From: a virus
Taxonomy: Duplodnaviria > Caudoviricetes
IMG/VR virus record: IMGVR_UViG_3300020045_003090
Location: 1-42,556 of that record
Direction: 5' to 3' (one strand)
Length of the DNA stretch: 42,556 nt
Shown: piece after piece, positions 1 to 8,191 of the stretch
How the letters are laid out: every line of letters starts with the position of its first letter
How positions within the stretch are numbered: the stretch's first letter is position 1
The notes under the pieces: model-generated
The model's database searches: none
Seen by the model: the letters and a program-made list of their open reading frames with translations, nothing else
Told to the model about the DNA's origin: nothing
Translations under genes and position numbers: made by a program

Positions 1-121
1 AGGGTAAATATCTTGTTGCCGTTAACGAAGATGATGATTATAAAAAGTACTACTTCATTACTAATGAAGAAATAATAATATACGGTGAGCGAAAACAGCA
101 TGAATATACTGAAGAATTGCG
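1..121. repeat. Terminal direct repeat, copy 1 (circular assembly overlap)
   Basis: Bases 1-121 are identical to 42436-42556, and the portal reading frame continues across the join. Confidence 0.95.
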
Positions 122-1190
122 CGTTGTAAATCCGCTTGGTTATTTGCCGGCTTTCAGGCTTGGCGGCAAGTACATAAAAGTAATGGATGGGAATGTGATA
201 TGGGATTCAATACTTAATGCAATGGTTCCTTACCTTGATGAAGCGGTCCGCGAATACTCTGATTTGCAGGCATCGGTTGTAACTTCAATCTTCATGGAAA
301 AATGGGCATGGAGTTCGCAAAATTGCAAAACGTGCAACGGCTTAGGCATGGTGCAGCGTGGCGATAAATCAATTAAGTGTTCGGCATGTAAGGGAGAAGG
401 CGCAACGGCCACACCTTACAGCAGCATTATTGTAAAACCATCGTTACCGGGCAGCGCACCCGCACCTATACCGCCTGCGGGTTATATTTCTAAACCGGTT
501 GAGATTGTAACCATACAGAATGACCGCGTTAAAGAACACAAGTACAACGCACTTGCAGCCGTTAATCATCAGTTTTTAGATGCCATACCTTTAAATAATT
601 CAGGTGTTGCAAAGTCAGTTGACCGCGATGAACTAAACACCTTTGCAAATTGGGTTGCTGAATTGATGGTTCAGGCAATGGGTAATATTTATAAGTATAT
701 ATGCGATTGGCGATACATGGCAGTTATACCTAATGCCTATGACCGCCATGAAATGTTGCCAGAAATAAACGTGCCTACCCGATTTGAATTATTATCATCA
801 GATTATTTAATTAACGAAATAAAAACCGCACGTGATGCCGGTGTTTCACCTGTGCTACTTAATTCGATGGAGTTGGAATATGCAAGCAAAAAAACAAACA
901 TGCCTGAAGATGTTGTAAATGCAATGTATCAATCAATGTTGCTTGATCCGCTTGTTAATATGACTAACGATGAAAAGTTAACGGCCTTGCAAAATAAAGG
1001 CATAACAGAAATTGACTATGTGATGAGTTGCAACATTAACCAGTTTGTAAAAGAAGCAATGATGCAGATAAATAATTTTGCAGATATGAATTACGATGCA
1101 AAGGTTAAAATAATGACTGACAAAGCACTTGCAAAAATAAAGCAGAACAGCACATCGGCTAATATTATGAATGATGCAAACGCTGTGTGA
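1..1190 (+). CDS. Portal protein, 3' part (full gene 41922..42435 joined to 1..1190, about 567 aa), with a DnaJ-type Zn-finger insert
   Basis: The ATG at 41922 is in frame with the 117..1190 ORF across the circular join. Size and position before a head morphogenesis gene fit a portal. Contains CKTCNGLG and CSACKGEG. Confidence 0.75.
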   Translation, partial: GKYLVAVNEDDDYKKYYFITNEEIIIYGERKQHEYTEELRVVNPLGYLPAFRLGGKYIKVMDGNVIWDSILNAMVPYLDEAVREYSDLQASVVTSIFMEKWAWSSQNCKTCNGLGMVQRGDKSIKCSACKGEGATATPYSSIIVKPSLPGSAPAPIPPAGYISKPVEIVTIQNDRVKEHKYNALAAVNHQFLDAIPLNNSGVAKSVDRDELNTFANWVAELMVQAMGNIYKYICDWRYMAVIPNAYDRHEMLPEINVPTRFELLSSDYLINEIKTARDAGVSPVLLNSMELEYASKKTNMPEDVVNAMYQSMLLDPLVNMTNDEKLTALQNKGITEIDYVMSCNINQFVKEAMMQINNFADMNYDAKVKIMTDKALAKIKQNSTSANIMNDANAV

Positions 1191-1353
1191 TATTAACGTA
1201 TGGATGTTTTTAGAATCATTTGAATCGTTTGTTGAATGCGTGATGCCGTTGTATAATGATGAAAGAATAAAAAACGGCAAACCTCCGCTAAATGAAGATG
1301 AAACAATCAATTTATTTTTAGAATTAAGAAAAGAATACGATGGCAGATATTGA
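1171..1353 (+). CDS. Small hypothetical protein
   Basis: Short ORF overlapping both neighbours in the head operon. Start codon uncertain. Confidence 0.4.
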   Translation: MMQTLCDINVWMFLESFESFVECVMPLYNDERIKNGKPPLNEDETINLFLELRKEYDGRY

Positions 1354-2242
1354 CAAACTTATTAAGCTGATAGACGATGCCGTTGTAAACTTTGTTGATG
1401 GCATACCGGGAGCGCAACAGGCATTATATAAAGAGTTGTTGCTTGTTTTAAAAGACTTAGAAATTGAAAATGGTAAATTATTAAATACTGTTCACAATAT
1501 TAAAGGACTTGGCCGGTTAAAAACCAAAATCAATGAGGTTATAGTAAACGATAAATACAAAAAGCAGGTAGCACAATATTTAGAACAATTTAATGCAGTA
1601 ACAGCTTGGCAAAACAACTACTTTTCATCAGCAGTTAAAAACTATTCACCGCCAAAAGTACTCGAAGCAATCAAAACCGAATCAGTAGATGCTACTGTAA
1701 CGGCAATGACTGAATCAGGAATTGATGCAAATGTGGGCGAAGCAATTAGAAGCGTTTTAAGGACTGCAATTACATCGGGCGGTAGTTATGCCGAACTTAC
1801 TGAAAACCTGAGAAATTTGATACAAGGTACGCCTGAAACAGCAGGAATAATGGATAGGTATTTGCGCACCATTGCAACGGATTCTATAAATACATATTCG
1901 GCAACGTATAACGAAGTAGTTGCATCTGATTTGGGTTTAAATTGGTTCCGCTATACCGGTTCATTAATGGAAACTTCGCGCCCATTTTGTATTGAGTGCG
2001 AAAAGTTTGAATACTTCCATCGGAATCAGATTCCTGATTTATTAAAAGGTAAAATATATACCGAAACGGTTGAGTTATATAAAAAGACGGGCCTACCCGA
2101 AGGGATGAAGGCTAATACTAATACGGCTAATTTTGCGCAATTGCGCGGAGGTTGGAATTGCGGGCATCAGGTAATATGGATAACAGAAGGCCAAGTGCCT
2201 GAAGCTATCAAAAACAAGGCAAAAACACTATATGCACTCTAA
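1340..2242 (+). CDS. Minor capsid / head morphogenesis protein (SPP1 gp7 / Mu F-like)
   Basis: Follows the portal. C-terminal RYTGS...SRPFC...RGGWNCGH Cys/His motif is typical of this family. Confidence 0.7.
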   Translation: MADIDKLIKLIDDAVVNFVDGIPGAQQALYKELLLVLKDLEIENGKLLNTVHNIKGLGRLKTKINEVIVNDKYKKQVAQYLEQFNAVTAWQNNYFSSAVKNYSPPKVLEAIKTESVDATVTAMTESGIDANVGEAIRSVLRTAITSGGSYAELTENLRNLIQGTPETAGIMDRYLRTIATDSINTYSATYNEVVASDLGLNWFRYTGSLMETSRPFCIECEKFEYFHRNQIPDLLKGKIYTETVELYKKTGLPEGMKANTNTANFAQLRGGWNCGHQVIWITEGQVPEAIKNKAKTLYAL

Positions 2243-2279
2243 ATTGGGTGAAAAAATCATGCTGAAAAATATATTTAAT

Positions 2280-2287
2280 TATTTTTG
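2280..2287 (+). promoter_or_regulatory. Bacteroidota-type -7 promoter element
   Basis: TATTTTTG matches TAnnTTTG, just upstream of the ATG at 2315. Confidence 0.45.
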
Positions 2288-2314
2288 CGATATAACATTT
2301 AACCCTTACTATTT

Positions 2315-2620
2315 ATGCATGACCTTTCACCACAATCTATTTTTACTTTGATAACCGTTGTGTTATCTTTGGGCATCCAATACGGAGTGTATTTGGCTTT
2401 TAAAACTAAAACAGAATTGGAACTTAGAAAATTTGAAGAACGGATGCTACTAATCGAAACGAAAGTTCAGCAATCTGATTTAAAATTGCAGCAAGTACTC
2501 GATGAAGTACGGCACATTAACGGCCACTTTGAGCGGATATTTAAAAAGTTAGATACCTACGATGAAAATATTAAAAACTTTTATCGCGATTATCAGTTAA
2601 CCCCAAAGGGGAACGGTTAA
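2315..2620 (+). CDS. Membrane protein with coiled coil (possible holin or lysis accessory)
   Basis: N-terminal hydrophobic segment (IFTLITVVLSLGIQYGVYL) followed by a coiled-coil-like region. Confidence 0.45.
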   Translation: MHDLSPQSIFTLITVVLSLGIQYGVYLAFKTKTELELRKFEERMLLIETKVQQSDLKLQQVLDEVRHINGHFERIFKKLDTYDENIKNFYRDYQLTPKGNG

Positions 2621-3243
2621 TGCAATCGTTTATGTAATTCTTTCATTGCTTTTATGTCATCATCAGGCCGGTTAACTCCCTTGCACCGGTAGTTATACGT
2701 TACCTTAAACGGTTCTTCGTAATAACAACACCTGCTATCATCATGCACTAATTCGATGCCGTGTTGATGCAATACGCGGCCTATTTCAACATCTTCTACC
2801 AAGTCAGATTGTTCGTCAATATTTTCGACTAATATCTTAGCAACATCTGGAGTTATGATAAAGCATGCACCTGATGCGAAGTTGCCGCCACTATAACCGG
2901 AATAGTATTTTTCGCGCGGTAAGTCCTGCAACCTGATTTTCAATTGCTCAATATCAATGTACGTTGAGGCATTTATGCGAATGATGTAATCGTAAAAATC
3001 AATATGCGCGCCTATAAATTGCAGGCACTCTTTAAACTTTATGTGCATGCGCATGTAAGTATCTTCGCACTTAGTGTAAATAGTATCGCTGTTGTAATCG
3101 GTTGACAAGTGGTTTGAAGTGTAAAAAACAGCACTACACCAGTTAGTTAATTTGCAATCACTTACAAATGTTTCGCGTTGCACCTGCCGCAATTCAGGGT
3201 AGAAATCGTTATTCGATGAGAGTATTAGAATTAGTGCTTTCAT
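2617..3243 (-). CDS. Glycosyltransferase, GT31/galactosyltransferase-like
   Basis: FASGACFII and VEDVEIG resemble the GT31 motifs (xSGxGY; EDVxxG). Confidence 0.6.
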   Translation of the reverse strand: MKALILILSSNNDFYPELRQVQRETFVSDCKLTNWCSAVFYTSNHLSTDYNSDTIYTKCEDTYMRMHIKFKECLQFIGAHIDFYDYIIRINASTYIDIEQLKIRLQDLPREKYYSGYSGGNFASGACFIITPDVAKILVENIDEQSDLVEDVEIGRVLHQHGIELVHDDSRCCYYEEPFKVTYNYRCKGVNRPDDDIKAMKELHKRLH

Positions 3244-3452
3244 GATTCTAATTCTAACATTTCTATTTTCTCATTATAACGGTCATTCATTTTTTTATAC
3301 TCAATTTCTAATTTAGCTGAGTTAAGAATAGTTTGGGCAACCGATGCTATTGATTTAGCTTGGCTATCAGAAATAGAACCGTTCTTTAATTTTTCAAGGG
3401 TTTCAAATAAATGAACCCTAACTGTTTTAATGTTGTACTCTGTTTTTTCCAT
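3240..3452 (-). CDS. Phage hypothetical protein
   Basis: Intact ORF overlapping neighbours; helical AKSIASVAQTILNSAKLE segment. Confidence 0.6.
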   Translation of the reverse strand: MEKTEYNIKTVRVHLFETLEKLKNGSISDSQAKSIASVAQTILNSAKLEIEYKKMNDRYNEKIEMLELES

Positions 3453-3789
3453 GTCTATGTATTTTTATTAATAACCGTTTAGATTCAATAAGTTCACTAA
3501 AATCTTCACCCCACTTTTTCCCGTTAGTTATTCTGTTTTTAATGTAAGAATCTTTTAATTCTGAAATAGCTTTTTTATTGGATTTGTTATTTATCGTATT
3601 GTTATGTTTTTTAAAATCATCGTTCAATCTTTTATCAGCAATATAATTATTTATGTAATCTGAAAAGTATTTTAAATGATTTATCCTATTAATCCTGCAA
3701 TATTTATTCCAACAGTCTTTACATCTCGTCCGAAGCCTACCATCGCCCCTATTTGCATTTCGTTGATTATCACATTCAATGCATTTCAT
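3427..3789 (-). CDS. Zn-finger hypothetical protein
   Basis: CxxC...CxxC at the N-terminus; basic protein. Confidence 0.55.
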   Translation of the reverse strand: MKCIECDNQRNANRGDGRLRTRCKDCWNKYCRINRINHLKYFSDYINNYIADKRLNDDFKKHNNTINNKSNKKAISELKDSYIKNRITNGKKWGEDFSELIESKRLLIKIHRHGKNRVQH

Positions 3790-3794
3790 ATTTA

Positions 3795-4145
3795 TTATAA
3801 TCGTTTGTCGTGTGGCAATAATCGCCTGTTGTTTTTAATCAGTCCTCTTACTGTTGTCGGGCTAATATTATATTTCTTTGCTAAATCACATTGCCTTATT
3901 CCGTTACACCAATCAGTTAAAAGGTTTTTATTGCGTTCAGATAATTTTTTCATTTGCTCCATAGCTTCTACGCTTGCTAATTTGTGGTCGCCAAAGCCTG
4001 TTGTAGGGAGATGAAAATTAATTATCGGCATTGTATTATGCGAACTTGCGCTTGTAAATGTTAGTGGTGGGCAATCACAAGTTAATGAAAACGGTGAATG
4101 TATTTTAAAGCATCGCGGGCATTCCCAACCTATATTATTTGTCAT
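3795..4145 (-). CDS. Zn-ribbon plus C-terminal HTH protein
   Basis: GWECPRC...CDC at the N-terminus; QCDLAKKYNISPTTVRGLI is HTH-like. Confidence 0.55.
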   Translation of the reverse strand: MTNNIGWECPRCFKIHSPFSLTCDCPPLTFTSASSHNTMPIINFHLPTTGFGDHKLASVEAMEQMKKLSERNKNLLTDWCNGIRQCDLAKKYNISPTTVRGLIKNNRRLLPHDKRL

Positions 4146-4912
4146 AATGCTAAATATTTATTTCTGTAATCATGCATCCAAAGTATTTCGTTATCCGGGT
4201 ACTTTGCCGAAAACAAATCTACTACTTTCTCAAAGTTAATTGCAGCGGTTAAAGGTCGCGGCAGGTGTGCATCAATTATGTTGTCGAATCTTCGCGGCCA
4301 ACCATCGCGGTCAGCGCGGTTTGTTGCGGTGCCGCCTTCGTTGCGCCTTGAAACCTTATTGAAGTAAATACCGGAACTGTTAATTGCCTCAGTCAGTAAT
4401 TCCTGATCCAAACTCCAATAATCACCGCGCACGTTATTTGAAGGCAAATCATTGATAAATGATAATGATGATTGAACGGAATCTTTATCAGTAATATTCA
4501 TTATCCTCTTCCATTTATAAGCACTCATTTGAGTGTAACACATTGGAATTTGACCATCCGCTAAATCGTATCCTATAATAATTGGCGATTGATTAAATAA
4601 CTTAGAATCGAATACGCACATATCAACGTCAGCAGTAATTAATACAGTATCAATATTTTCGCCAATAGCCCCGAATAACCGGCTTACCTGAGAATAGGTA
4701 GGCTTTAAATGTTCGGCACATTCGTAGGTAACAAATTCCACATCCATATTGGCGCAAAATTCGCGCACCAGTTTAAACTTTGGCGAAATGTAGTCATCAG
4801 ATGCGCACATGCATTTTACATTGTAGCCGATTTTATTCCAACTGAAAACCGCGAATGGTAAGTTGAATAAATAGTTATCATCGGTAGTAGTTGATATGAT
4901 TGCTTTTTTCAT
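4142..4912 (-). CDS. Glycosyltransferase-like protein (GT-A fold)
   Basis: DxD motif (LITADVDM) after a hydrophobic strand, a later WSLDQ motif, and location in a GT cluster. Confidence 0.5.
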   Translation of the reverse strand: MKKAIISTTTDDNYLFNLPFAVFSWNKIGYNVKCMCASDDYISPKFKLVREFCANMDVEFVTYECAEHLKPTYSQVSRLFGAIGENIDTVLITADVDMCVFDSKLFNQSPIIIGYDLADGQIPMCYTQMSAYKWKRIMNITDKDSVQSSLSFINDLPSNNVRGDYWSLDQELLTEAINSSGIYFNKVSRRNEGGTATNRADRDGWPRRFDNIIDAHLPRPLTAAINFEKVVDLFSAKYPDNEILWMHDYRNKYLAL

Positions 4913-4914
4913 TT

Positions 4915-5157
4915 TTAAAATGGTAATTGTTCTATTATTATTTCTGATTTATAAGCTAATTTGCGTAATGATATAATTCCTTTTTTCGATTTGCCAACCA
5001 TTACTGAAACAGTGCCGTTGTTATAGACTTTCCGGGCAGGTTTGTTATTGAAAAAGAAATTACCATTCATATCGCAATATAAATTTTCTATTCCTCTGAA
5101 TCTAAATATTTGTTTGGTAATCATTGATTTAATTAGAACATAATTGCGCCAATCCAT
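4915..5157 (-). CDS. Small basic protein adjoining the left end of the cassette array (NUMOD4-like resemblance)
   Basis: ATG lies 3 bp from the first G|TT crossover; alternative start MITKQ at 5124. FRGIENLY...GNFF...VYNNGTVSV loosely resembles NUMOD4. Confidence 0.5.
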   Translation of the reverse strand: MDWRNYVLIKSMITKQIFRFRGIENLYCDMNGNFFFNNKPARKVYNNGTVSVMVGKSKKGIISLRKLAYKSEIIIEQLPF

Positions 5158-5160
5158 AAG

Positions 5161-5406
5161 TTATGAGCAATAAATAAAGAACTCCACGTCCCAATCTTTT
5201 TGCTCTTCATTTTCCTTTGTTTGAACTATTTTCAATAACGGATTTTCTGATTTCTCAAAACCCCATTCAGTCATAATTTCAGGCTTACCACTCGAAAAAT
5301 GATAACCGTTCCCAGTGCTATCTGTAAAAGATGAATGGGGTTTTAATTGCTTTCTGTGTTTCGCAAAAATAACAGCGTACACTTCATTTGATGTTTCTAT
5401 CCACAT
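5161..5406 (-). CDS. Cassette 1 hypothetical protein
   Basis: 81-aa ORF; its stop codon is the TTA of the G|TTA crossover. Confidence 0.7.
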   Translation of the reverse strand: MWIETSNEVYAVIFAKHRKQLKPHSSFTDSTGNGYHFSSGKPEIMTEWGFEKSENPLLKIVQTKENEEQKDWDVEFFIYCS

Positions 5407-5424
5407 TTTAGTAAAATTTACTAC

Positions 5425-5520
5425 TCATAACAGCGTATATACAAGATACGCCTACAAGCATTTGTTTATAATTTGAAATTTTCGTTAAGGCGTACCTCGT
5501 ATATACGCAAAACGTTACCA
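5425..5520 (+). repeat. attC-like hairpin 1 (96 bp)
   Basis: TAAC-A-GCGTATATACAAGATACGCCT ... AGGCGTACCTCGTATATACGC-AAAAC-GTTACCA. Confidence 0.85.
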
Positions 5521-5526
5521 GCAATT

Positions 5527-5817
5527 TTAGCCAGTAGTCGCTTTGACAATATCTCGCTCATCATCAATCTCAATTCCATAGTGCCAAGTTTCAGTTGTTC
5601 CGAAAGCCAAACAGTATGTTACGCTTCGGTTTGGTCTTAAACTTATTCCTGTTACCATTCGCCCGTGTTGTTCATTGTCCATTTTTAGATATACTGTTTG
5701 ACCTATCTCAAACTCAATCTTATGTCCTGTCGAAAGAAAAACTGCTGGTAACACGGGTTTTGCGTCAGCAGGGGTTTCGTTTTTCAAATCAACTTTTGTG
5801 CTTTTATTTTGCTTCAT
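5527..5817 (-). CDS. Cassette 2 hypothetical protein (SH3/KOW-like small beta protein)
   Basis: FEIGQTVYLK...GRMVTGI motif. The ATG lies inside the loop of hairpin 2. Confidence 0.65.
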   Translation of the reverse strand: MKQNKSTKVDLKNETPADAKPVLPAVFLSTGHKIEFEIGQTVYLKMDNEQHGRMVTGISLRPNRSVTYCLAFGTTETWHYGIEIDDERDIVKATTG

Positions 5818-5878
5818 CTTTCAAATTTACTTTAGTGGTTAAATGCCCTGCCGAACGCAAAGCCCGAAAACGTTAGTG
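5746..5878 (+). repeat. attC-like hairpin 2 (133 bp)
   Basis: TAAC-A-CGGGTTTTGCGTCAGCAGGG ... CCCTGCCGAACGCAAAGCCCG-AAAAC-GTTAGTG. Confidence 0.85.
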
Positions 5879-5884
5879 GCAAGG

Positions 5885-6055
5885 CTAAGAAAGCTCCCAC
5901 TTATCACAAACCAAGTCGTTTAAAGTTATTATTTCAGTGTGTCTTTCAGATTTTGGATTTGTGCAAGTATGCTTTTTCTTTTTACCATCGTAAAAACTTT
6001 TGCAAAATTTACAATCTTTGCATTTAGCGGGTCTTGTGTATGTTGTTACTCCCAT
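5885..6055 (-). CDS. Cassette 3 small Cys-rich (Zn-binding) protein
   Basis: Probable start MGVTTY (ATG 6055); CKDCKFC...HTC...VCDKW. Confidence 0.65.
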   Translation of the reverse strand: MGVTTYTRPAKCKDCKFCKSFYDGKKKKHTCTNPKSERHTEIITLNDLVCDKWELS

Positions 6056-6082
6056 TTTATTTAAGTTTGTGAAAAGCCCAGC

Positions 6083-6213
6083 CACTAACAGCGTGTATAA
6101 AAAATGGCGGGTTCTCGGTTAATTTAAAGTTTTGTAATTCTAATTAAGTTCTGCGTTTGCTGAAAGTTTTGGTTTAAAAATCCGCCACTTCTTATACACG
6201 CAAACCGTTAGGT
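6083..6213 (+). repeat. attC-like hairpin 3 (131 bp)
   Basis: TAAC-A-GCGTGTATAAAAAATGGCGG ... CCGCCACTTCTTATACACGC-AAACC-GTTAGGT. Confidence 0.85.
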
Positions 6214-6250
6214 GCAATAAAAAATAAATTTACCACCGCACCTATACTAA

Positions 6251-6520
6251 TCAATATCTGTATCCTATTTCAAAATATAATTTCCAAAATCCGAACATCA
6301 CCGATTTTTGGCAGTTGTTTCCAGTTAGCCAAATCGGGAATAGTTGCCACATATCACTTCTTCTAATTCCAAGCGATATGAATACGTGCCTCCAACTCTT
6401 TTCTTTGTTTGAAGTTTGCCAAACTGTAAAGTAGTTATGACACCAAAAATCGCCTAATCTGGCTTTGTTTTTCCAAGGATTGATTTCATTCGTTGGAGAT
6501 GCTTTTAATGTAAGTCCCAT
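6251..6520 (-). CDS. Cassette 4 hypothetical protein (Trp-rich)
   Basis: 89-aa ORF filling the cassette. Confidence 0.6.
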   Translation of the reverse strand: MGLTLKASPTNEINPWKNKARLGDFWCHNYFTVWQTSNKEKSWRHVFISLGIRRSDMWQLFPIWLTGNNCQKSVMFGFWKLYFEIGYRY

Positions 6521-6568
6521 TTTGTAAATTGTTTTTTAAAACCCACGCTAAATTTATTTTTTACAGAC

Positions 6569-6667
6569 ACCTAACAGCAGGTAGGCAAAATGCCGCTATG
6601 AGCCTGAGTGCTTTGATATTTACATTTGTGGTAAGCGGCACTATCGCCTACCTGCTACACGTTAGGC
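6569..6667 (+). repeat. attC-like hairpin 4 (99 bp)
   Basis: TAAC-AGCAGGTAGGCAAAATGCCGCT ... AGCGGCACTATCGCCTACCTGCT-ACAC-GTTAGGC. Confidence 0.85.
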
Positions 6668-6793
6668 GTAATTTTAGCGAACACCCGAAGGTGGCAGTCT
6701 TTCCTTGCTGTCATAAGTTATCTGATACTTAAAACCGTTCCCTTTTATTTCAGAGACCAATCACCGCTTATGTTTAAGTGCTTTGCGGTAACA

Positions 6794-7129
6794 CTATTTT
6801 TTGTAAACATACTTTTTCTTAAAATCTTCCGTTGTAGTAATAATTATTTTTTCACCTTTATTTAAGGCTTCCCAAGCATCTTTACTCATAATTAAATCGG
6901 CAGTATGGTCGTTGCCAATTCCAATCACCACATTAACAGTTTCTACAAAGAACTCTGTTTTAAACCCTGCTTTGTTTACAGTAATGTTAGCCTTCGGGCT
7001 TATCTTAATTTCTTTCCCAAGTCTTGTGAAGTGGTCAATTTCATACTGATAAGTTCTTGTAGCTTTTTTGCCTTTAGGTGTTACCATTTCTACACCTATC
7101 GTTTCGTTTGTTTTTCTAATTTTAGACAT
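6794..7129 (-). CDS. Cassette 5 hypothetical protein (111 aa, start MSKIRK)
   Basis: ATG at 7129 follows an A-rich leader and a TAnnTTTG element. The longer track ORF simply reads through hairpin 5. Confidence 0.65.
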   Translation of the reverse strand: MSKIRKTNETIGVEMVTPKGKKATRTYQYEIDHFTRLGKEIKISPKANITVNKAGFKTEFFVETVNVVIGIGNDHTADLIMSKDAWEALNKGEKIIITTTEDFKKKYVYKK

Positions 7130-7148
7130 ATTTTTATAATTTAAGACA

Positions 7149-7156
7149 CAAATATA
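7149..7156 (-). promoter_or_regulatory. Cassette-internal Bacteroidota -7 promoter element
   Basis: TATATTTG on the minus strand, about 20 bp upstream of ATG 7129. Confidence 0.55.
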
Positions 7157-7186
7157 CAAAAATAAACTTAAAACCAAAAAAACTAC

Positions 7187-7287
7187 GCCTAACAGTGGCT
7201 TTGCGTCATTTTTTGCCTTTAACATTTGTGCTAACTTTGAACATTCGAGTAGGCAAAAAACGAACGCAAAGCCCCAAACCGTTACCA
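7187..7287 (+). repeat. attC-like hairpin 5 (101 bp)
   Basis: TAAC-A-GTGGCTTTGCGTCATTTTTTGCCT ... AGGCAAAAAACGAACGCAAAGCCCC-AAACC-GTTACCA. Confidence 0.85.
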
Positions 7288-7294
7288 GCAATAG

Positions 7295-7636
7295 CTAAAA
7301 CTCGTTCCATAAGAACGGATGTCCTTTTTTAGTTGCCAGCCGATAATCTTCCAACTTGAAATCTTCGCCATGTGCATCTTTAAGTGTTTCCAAATCACCA
7401 CAATCTTCGTCATCATCATTGTTCACATAAACGTCTGCCTGTATTGTTTCAAGTCCAGCCACTTTTCTGAAGGTGCTTTCATCATCAATGTTAATGTGAA
7501 CTTGCTTTGTTCTCTCCTCGGCTGGCAACTTGCTGATTGCTTCTAATAAATCATTCCATGTAAACCCGCTACTGCTGGTAACATCGGCTTTGTGCAATGC
7601 CTTACTTTCGTCTTGGTTTGAAGTTTTGTTTTCCAT
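7295..7636 (-). CDS. Cassette 6 acidic hypothetical protein
   Basis: 113 aa, D/E-rich. The ATG lies inside the loop of hairpin 6. Confidence 0.65.
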   Translation of the reverse strand: MENKTSNQDESKALHKADVTSSSGFTWNDLLEAISKLPAEERTKQVHINIDDESTFRKVAGLETIQADVYVNNDDDEDCGDLETLKDAHGEDFKLEDYRLATKKGHPFLWNEF

Positions 7637-7707
7637 TTTAAAATTTGTTTTTTAATGATGTATCAGTTTTAAAATCGGCACTGACACAAAGCCGTTTACC
7701 GTTACCT
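7576..7707 (+). repeat. attC-like hairpin 6 (132 bp)
   Basis: TAAC-AT-CGGCTTTGTGCAATGCC ... GGCACTGACACAAAGCCG-TTTACC-GTTACCT. Confidence 0.8.
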
Positions 7708-7713
7708 GCAAGG

Positions 7714-8034
7714 CTACGATACAGCTTCCAAATAGAATATTGGTTTACCAATTGACTGTGCATACTCAATTTCGCTTCGTGTTGACTGACCTATGTAACC
7801 ACCTACATTTAAAACGAATACTTCATCAGCAATATCAATTTTACGTTTGTGCAAATCATCGGCTTTTTGCTTGTAGTCACTTTCTGCACCATATTCACGT
7901 TCAATATCTACGAACATGCAACACGGCAACAAAGCGATTTCACCTTTCAAAACAGCTTCGTATTCTGCTTTTTTAAATGCTTCTAATGCAACACGGAGCG
8001 AACCGCAATAGCATACTTTTTTTGTACTTTCCAT
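7714..8034 (-). CDS. Cassette 7 nucleoside 2-deoxyribosyltransferase-like / DUF4406-like protein
   Basis: CGSLR...HKRKIDIADEVFVLNVGGYIGQSTRSEIEYA is characteristic of this flavodoxin-like fold family. Confidence 0.65.
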   Translation of the reverse strand: MESTKKVCYCGSLRVALEAFKKAEYEAVLKGEIALLPCCMFVDIEREYGAESDYKQKADDLHKRKIDIADEVFVLNVGGYIGQSTRSEIEYAQSIGKPIFYLEAVS

Positions 8035-8075
8035 TTTTGTTGTTAATTAAATTCCTGCTAATAATACCGCCCAGC

Positions 8076-8173
8076 AGGTAACAAGCGGTTTGGCAATATG
8101 CAGCCAATGACATTTGTGCTTTAATTGAACTGACTGCAAGGCTGCACATCGCCAAGCCGCCAGACCGTTACAG
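8076..8173 (+). repeat. attC-like hairpin 7 (98 bp)
   Basis: TAAC-AA-GCGGTTTGGCAATATGCAGCC ... GGCTGCACATCGCCAAGCCGC-CAGACC-GTTACAG. Confidence 0.85.
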
Positions 8174-8191
8174 GCAAGTGTTAGCACCCTA

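Noticed and set aside
1-121. Biological terminal repeat
   Set aside because: It falls in the middle of the portal gene and is most simply an assembler overlap on a circular contig.
5595-8155. Plus-strand or hairpin-spanning track ORFs (5595, 6529, 6905, 7319, 7740, 7973) as the real cassette genes
   Set aside because: They are antisense shadows or read-throughs of hairpins, without plausible starts or protein-like composition. The minus-strand ORFs carry recognisable motifs.
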